DNA of 64,000 nt from Tubulanus polymorphus (Eukaryota > Animalia > Nemertea), in NCBI RefSeq assembly GCF_964204645.1, contig NC_134029.1, positions 21,756,950-21,820,949 on the forward strand. Direction: 5' to 3'. Position numbers and translations under genes: made by a program. The notes below the pieces were generated by a model. It had not been told where the DNA came from. It ran no database searches and was given only the letters and a program-made list of their open reading frames with translations. Below, piece by piece: positions 57,101 to 64,000 of this stretch (its first letter is position 1; each line of letters begins with the position of its first letter).

Positions 57101-60100
57101 ACAGTGCCATGTGTTACGCTCACCAGACTTTCCTATCATTGTCGTAATGCTGCCGTCGTTCTGCTGAGAGTCCTATTTAGAGAGTCAAATGAAGACCAGA
57201 CGACGGCGTAATGAATCATAATTGATTTTTGATAGACAGCAATGAATGATTTATCTGCATTGATTGCATGAGATGCTGATATTCGTTAATCTCTATGGTC
57301 ACTCATGTCCGATATGATATATTGTTATATCGTTTAATGTCACCCAAGATGTCACCATTTCATAAGCTTACAACTATCAATACCCCGGTATATGTCAGCT
57401 GAGCTAACACAAATTCTTTGATTCAGCCAGTCTAATTTATATGATCATTTGTTTGCGTGATATGTTCACACTACTCTTACGTCGCCATTTTCAATGAATC
57501 AATCATCTTCACATCTTGTATTCCATTTTAGGGTCAGTTGAAGGTTAGTCCTGTATCCGGTCGCCAGGAGCCATATTACCCGCCGTGGAAACGAAATCTT
57601 TTCCGCTACCTAGTCAGCATGCCGATCATCATCATTTGTCTCATGATCGTGTTTGCTTCCATGTTACTTATCTTCCAAGTAGATGGATACGTCACGCAGA
57701 AGGTGAAAGCCGGTGAACTGTGGAAGATTGCGAAGTTTGGCCCGAAGATTCTGCTCGCAATTACAATCGGCATTTTAGATGATATTTACAAGAAGATCGC
57801 ATTCTGGCTCAATGATAAGGGTGATTATTTGAAATGTTTGATTATTTCAAGAAGAATCAATTTGTATCGCATTTCGTGAAACTTTTTTGCTTTTTCCAGA
57901 GAATTACCGTGAAGATAGCTCTTACGAAAATCATCTTATCATCAAACTAGTCCTTGTAAGTGGAATCAAACGCAGTACTTATTTGGGCATCTATAATATA
58001 CGTAATTGACAAATGTTGCGACATGTTTCTCATATTTTTAGTTTCAGTTTGTGAATTCATTCCTTTCGTTGTTCTACATTGCATTTTACCTCAAAGACAT
58101 GAATCGCCTTAGAGAGGTAAAGTAGTAATTAAATTTGTAACAAAATTAATGCAACCTTTAGTTTAGAATTCGTTACATCGTTTTTCAAAGGCTCTTGTAA
58201 ATTCAATCTTAGCCTCAATTACCTAATATCGACATATCGCGATATTGTATCATTACCTCTTTTCTAGCAATTAGCAGCTTTGCTGATTACGCGGCAAGTG
58301 ATAGGAAATATTAAAGAGGCGCTAGTTCCGTATATAATCGAGAAAGTAAAACTCTTCCAAGTAGGTTATAAAATGACTGCAAATATGAGTCCAGACACGC
58401 TCGATCGAGAAGCTAAAGAGATCTTACTGAAGAAACAAGCCGAGCGAAAAGGTAAACCAGCCATTTTCAACATAACATTAAAGATATGTGAATGTTAAAT
58501 CCCACACAATAATTAAAAGACTAAAAAGTTTATCAAAATATAGAAATATTTCGGGTGGTTCCTATCACCCTCCTTCAGTCTAAGATGATATGTCGAATAA
58601 ATACACAGTATATAGATATGAAATCAGAAACAAATTTATTTATTTGACATATTTCTGTATTTTGATTAACTTTTTAGTCATTCAATTATTGCGGAATTTT
58701 ACATTCATTGTTTCCATGGATATTGTAATCTACTAATTCATTCAAGGCATATGTATAGAGATTTTTTTGTTTGCAGTATTTGTAAAATAGTAGTAGCTAT
58801 TCCCATGATTGAAAAATGCGATAATCTTTTATTTTGTGTACCGGTACATGTATTGGTGAAGGGTAATACCTCCTAGGATACACGGAATGTACTGAATTCT
58901 GAATTGGTTAATGTTTTAAGCTTTGTTTTATAAAGGTCTCATAAAGGAAGGCATACAAGAGACCTGCGATGCGGTCGTAGCTTCTGGACTTCAAGATGTC
59001 AATAAAGAAAAGGTACACCTGAATGCAGCACATAGTGGACCTACGCTAACCCAAGCTGAGGTTGAAGCTGCCATGAAACCTGTAAGTTTCAATACGTAAG
59101 ATATATCCTTCTCATGAAATTAAACTGAAATACATAGTAATAATGATATTAGATAAGTCTTATATAGCGCAGGTATCCTATAAAAACAGTTCAGATGCGC
59201 TCCACTAGTTAATATTGTCTGAATAGAAGTGTCTTTAGATGAGTCTTGAACTGCTCCGGAGAAAACGATTCAAAATCGGTGAAACTATGCGAGTACATGT
59301 GATTAATAACCATATCGTTCTGTATCTATTTATAGTACGAAGATACATTTGAAGATTACCTCGAGATGTTTATTCAGTTTGGTTATGTGACACTTTTTTC
59401 GTGTGCTTTCCCGATGGCTGCTCTTTGCGCATTGACTAATAACATTATAGAAATACGTAGTGATGCATTTAAGCTTTGTATGACCTCACAGAGACCGTTT
59501 GGTCAGCGTGTTGCTGACATTGGGGTTTGGCAGGTAGGATGGTGTACTTAGTCGCAAGAACCGTTCTTCTTTATTTTTGTATACATACATCTTTTAAAGC
59601 CATATCTTTTATTTCTTCAGGATGCATTAGAGTTGATGGGTGTGATAGCTGTGATTGTAAACAGCGCTCTGATCGGTATGTCAGGGCCTGTCCACCGAAT
59701 GTTCCCCAATATGGGACCAACAGAAACTGTTGTCTTCATAGTAGTCTTAGAGGTATGTGATACAACTTTAAAGGGTTCATTTCTTTTTGTGCATTACCCT
59801 GGTATTACGATAGCTAAGAAAGGTTCTGAATATTCTTCCGTATTTCAGCACTTGGTCTTGGCAATGAAGTGTGGAATAGCATACGCAATTCCAGACATTC
59901 CTCATTGGGTCGAACAAGAAATGGCTAAGTGGGAGTTTAGGAGAAGAGAAGCGTTTAAGGTATAGTATCCCAAAAAGTAGTCTCAGTTTTGTTGATTTTA
60001 TTTTTATGTTGTATGATAGGTACATACTACGCTGCTTGTAATTTTTCTATTTTAGCGAATCCAGAAGAAAAACAGTGATCGCAGTCAATCACATTCCAGG

Positions 60101-60178
60101 AACAACCAGTCATCTAACCATTCCCGTACTAACACTGTTCCATTAGATGAATGTGCACGGCCAGTTGGAACTTCCTAG
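51128..60178 (+). CDS. ANO8: Anoctamin-8 (TMEM16H) ortholog; 15 exons, ~759 aa
   Basis: Motifs WMNTIPTRDCDVLLTFPAKTDDQTLMWVL, FFTSQERQSIV, QPLDKICDYFGVKIGLYFAYLG, YEDTFEDYLEMFIQFGYV, NNIIEIRSDAFKLC. Exons 51128-51194 (inferred first), 53306-53561, 54186-54421, 56123-56239, 56545-56672, 56762-56923, 57532-57820, 57900-57955, 58042-58116, 58268-58451, 58936-59081, 59336-59533, 59621-59752, 59849-59959, 60056-60178; 2280 nt in frame. Confidence 0.95.
53890..54120. repeat. ~88-bp tandem repeat (~2.5 copies) in ANO8 intron 2
   Basis: aggagtacacatgatatcaattgcctttttgga at 53954 and 54042. tgcccttttggga occurs three times. Confidence 0.85.
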
Positions 60179-63160
60179 AGTTAAATAACATATTATATAT
60201 AAAAAAATACATATAAATATCTTAATATATTTTTATTGATGCATCAAATATTCTGTGGCAGTGTGGGTCTGTGAAGGGGCTTAATCAAAATTTGTCATTA
60301 CGCAAATGTATTTTGTTATGTATGTTAATTTTGCACTTATTTATGCTGATGTTAAATGTGTTTATTTTGGTGACTTTTTAAACCAACTCTGTGTTATTTC
60401 TCAAGTTATGTGTTGTATTTTGGAATCACCTGCCGTATATACTGGTGTATTGTTGGCTGTCGATACATTGAATATTTGGCCCAGGAATATCATGCCTTGT
60501 TGACATGCCATGCGACTCAAATGTATTTTCTAGGCAACTCTTAAGCAGTAATTGTTCACATTTATTTTAGTGCAGGGGGACTTGAACTATCTAAGTTGTC
60601 AAGTATTTCTTTCATAAGGAAGGATATTTCCTGATACACTTATCCCGGTATTCTACATAAGTTGAAATACATACCTAGAAATGATATTTTACATCATTGG
60701 AAATATGATAATACTTGTGGTGACATTAGCAATTTCATCTTCATGAATATTCGGCAGTCTTTTTACATGCCTGTACATCCCATGCTGTGCATCCCATCTT
60801 TATCCTACCCATTAGGCAAAATTGATGGACTAAGAATCTGAAACTGCTAACACCATTTCGGTGCAATGCTTCATTGATCTTGGTCTCTCACATGAATTAT
60901 TTTTTGAAATGATTTTCTTGTGTGTTTTCTCCATACTGTTAGTCAAATGTGCTTTGCATTGGTGATAGCAATAATTACGGTAGCTGAGATTTTGTGTAGA
61001 ATGGTTATTCTAACAAGGCTGTATACATATGTTTATATTGCTGATATTTCACCCATTTTATGTTATCTTTTTCTTTTGCTTTGTTGACCATCTGTACAAT
61101 TTTTAGGTTATTTGCTACATTGATATGTTTGCCTTTATGTGATGATCCTAGATCTAAATAGTGATAATAATTTGTATACCGGTATGCATGGTTGAAATTT
61201 CATAAAATATATGTGTGTATGTTGTCTGTACATTGTACCCATCTCATGAAGTCTTTCAGTTTGATTCTAGATTATTTTTAAACATTGATGTATTCAATTC
61301 TTGCCTTTCGTACAATATGTATTGCACAGTGATGGCTCTGAATCTTTCACAGTGAGAGTATTTTTGATTGTGCCATTGTGATTGAAGCTTAGTTAGATTG
61401 TTGTGCCAACGACTGTAGTTTTGAACCATCAAAGTAGTTTGTTGCTCAGAATGTGTCCCTTAATTCACCAGACTAATTACATTTTGTATCATTGCTCATT
61501 TTTTCAAATCACATGGTGGATAAGATAAATGATGATATGTACTAGTGAATAGAATTTGAACCGATCAGATTGAAGTGATGTCAGTTAGGTAGTTGTCTGA
61601 AACCGATTGTATTTTTTTCTACTCTAAAGAGATTTCTATTTTTACATTTTTCTTGTGCTCATAAAATGTTGCTTGCACGGAGTTGTATCTGCATATAAGT
61701 GTTTCGCTCATGAAGGAAATGTAATTATACAGGCAAGTTTAGCTCCTTGTAGCGAAGTACATTGGTTTTGAGGTTCTCATTTACTTCTTTCATGAGTATT
61801 ATTTTATCCAAGATTTACTGTTTGATGGATTATATGTATATACATATTATAATTGTTTACTAATAATCCATGTTATCTTTCCTAATAATCACGTATGGTA
61901 ACTACTTTAATAGTGGAGTTTTATCCTATTGAGGTAAACTTCCATTTCATTGAACTATGATAATTTTCAGCTATTCTGTTGTATGTGAGACTCTGTGAAG
62001 GTCATTATATTTTACCTACATCTCTTTGAATGTCGAATGGTGACATCGTTTATCAAATCTCTTTGCAGAAAAAAGTCTTAGTGCAATAAAATGAAATCTC
62101 TATCAGACTGCGATCTCCTATAAAAATCTGCGTTATATATACTTCTCTAACTATACAATCTTGTTATTAGTATTTTCATCTTGTTGATTATTTTGGTGAA
62201 GCTTTTTCATTGTCCATTACTCTCCTCTACAAAACGAATAAATTATGAATCTTTTTAATTTACACACATAGCTTTTGGGATGTTTCTTTTTTGCTGTTCT
62301 TGGCAATTTTTTTCATTATGAGACTTGGCGACAGGTTATCAATTCGTCGTCGTTGCAGATACCAAAGCACTAACAATTCAATGCTCCTCAACAACAGAAG
62401 AATGACGATCCAATCTCGCCTTGGAATTCATGCTGTGGAACGATCGTTCTGACGAGCCTCTAGGGGGAAAAGAATAACGAGGTTGCTAGGTATCTTGTGT
62501 TTCGTTGATAGTTATTACTTCTACAAAGATCATTTTTGAAATTTCGACTTATAACCTCGAATTAATTAGACTTTATGTATCGAAATTTCAACTAAGAAAA
62601 ACTAATACCATATGGCCACAATGCTCTTCCGTCGAGACAGTAAAAATTTAAAGAATAAAAACATAGCAAAATGTACATTGATTCGTATAATATACACTAT
62701 TGGCCAGGCACTCAGTGCACTAAGCCGCGGGAGCTGCAACGATTCGCGCACGTTTTATTTTCTGCGTCTCTTCTCAGTCCCAAATCATTTCTAGCCACGA
62801 TTCAAGACAAACAACAAAGAACGAGCTTTATTTTTTGGAACATAACTTCAGACTCAATGACACCAGTAAAACTGGTATTGTCATAAATAGAAGTTCAAAT
62901 CATGCTAATACAAACAAACATCAATAGTAATAGCACTTTATATCATCTTTCAGAATCTCCAGACTCATTGAAACCGGTTTCATCACAAATAAGAGGTTTA
63001 AATCATGCTCAATACAAATGAACAACATTACCGAAAAACTAAGAATTGAACTAAGTTTTAGTTTGTTTGCACGAAATCGTTTTAACCCAAAAATTTATCA
63101 TTTTACGCTTTACGCTAATATATATTGGATAACGTCCTAACTCCGCGTTATACTATAAGG

Positions 63161-63192
63161 TTCAAGTTCAAGTTCAAGTTCAAATTTATTTC
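63161..63192 (-). mobile_element. 3' tail remnant of a LINE/SINE (AATAAA followed by (TTGAAC)n)
   Basis: The minus strand reads gaaataaatttgaacttgaacttgaacttgaa, a short-repeat tail of the CR1/L2 type. Confidence 0.5.
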
Positions 63193-63264
63193 ACAGAAAG
63201 CATGACAGGCTATTTACACAGGTTGAGAGAAAAACAAACAATAAAATTTACAATTTTTAAAAAA

Positions 63265-63453
63265 GGGATTTGCGGTGAAACTGATTTCATCTACCGTAAG
63301 GTGCTGCTGCTATGCTCATCGTTAGCGGAATTTTCATACACTAAGATGAATCTAACCTTGGCACGTAGCTTGATATTAGTGTATGAAAAATCCGCTAGCG
63401 ATAAGTATAGCGGCAGCACCTTACGGTAGGTGAAATCAGTGTCCCGCAATCCC
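63265..63453. mobile_element. Fold-back MITE with ~45-bp TIRs
   Basis: gggatttgcggtgaaactgatttcatctaccgtaaggtgctgc / gcagcaccttacggtaggtgaaatcagtgtcccgcaatccc. Confidence 0.85.
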
Positions 63454-64000
63454 TGTGTTCCGTTCACCCCAGTACTTTTGGTATTATTGTTGGTCTGAGC
63501 TCTGATACTTGACGGTTTATGCGATGTCTATCATTGTTTCTTAAGTTGGAAACTTAGCTGGTGAGTTCAACTAACTTTAAATCAGATAACGTTAATCTTT
63601 TGACTTCATGCTTAGAAATTCAAATCTTTTTTATTGACTGCTTTAAAAGTTAACAAAAATTTGAATAAAAGTATCAGCATATGCAGTGTCAATAGGACAA
63701 CACAAAATGTAATTGCAATTAAAACAGTTTTCATTATAAAGTGAGTGAATACTGTCTAATATGATTATATTTTTCCTTTCTAGAATGAAAAGTCCAAAAA
63801 AAGGGCCGTGGCAACTACTGCATATGGTGTCCTGTCATCTACAATGGACATCGGGAATGGATATTATGATTGATGGGTCAACTTTAATTTGAACAGTAAC
63901 AAATTGGATAATCAACCAAAAGTCACAGCAAAAAAAGAACAAAGGGAGAAGACATCCGTGTATAGTTACTAGCATTGATTTTAACGGATAAGATTTTATT

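Noticed and set aside
61379-61391. Partial resemblance to miR-315 (ttgttgctcagaa)
   Set aside because: The seed region does not match and no precursor hairpin is evident.

Overview
This is AT-rich, intron-containing animal DNA, probably from a marine invertebrate (spiralian-like); the taxon is my inference. Seven genes can be reconstructed by hand with GT-AG introns and consistent phases: an intronless class-A GPCR (-), a 14-exon MTMR6/7/8-type myotubularin with a C-terminal FYVE-like finger spanning ~28 kb (-), SMARCA5/ISWI (-), C18orf32/UPF0729 (+), RIOK2 (-), an unusual THAP-BTB-zinc-finger fusion gene (+) and ANO8 (+). Two pairs are head-to-head. Introns and intergenic DNA carry many MITEs (piggyBac-like, Tc1/pogo-like, hAT-like and palindromic), tRNA-derived SINE-like heads and tandem repeats. 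The best leads are the THAP-BTB-ZF architecture, a GC-rich island at ~1760-1885 resembling an HDV-like ribozyme, candidate alternative first and terminal exons in the large MTMR introns, and a U3-A8 variant hammerhead-like motif. No prokaryotic-type system (CRISPR, operon) is visible. All homology calls come from recognising sequence by eye; no searches were run.
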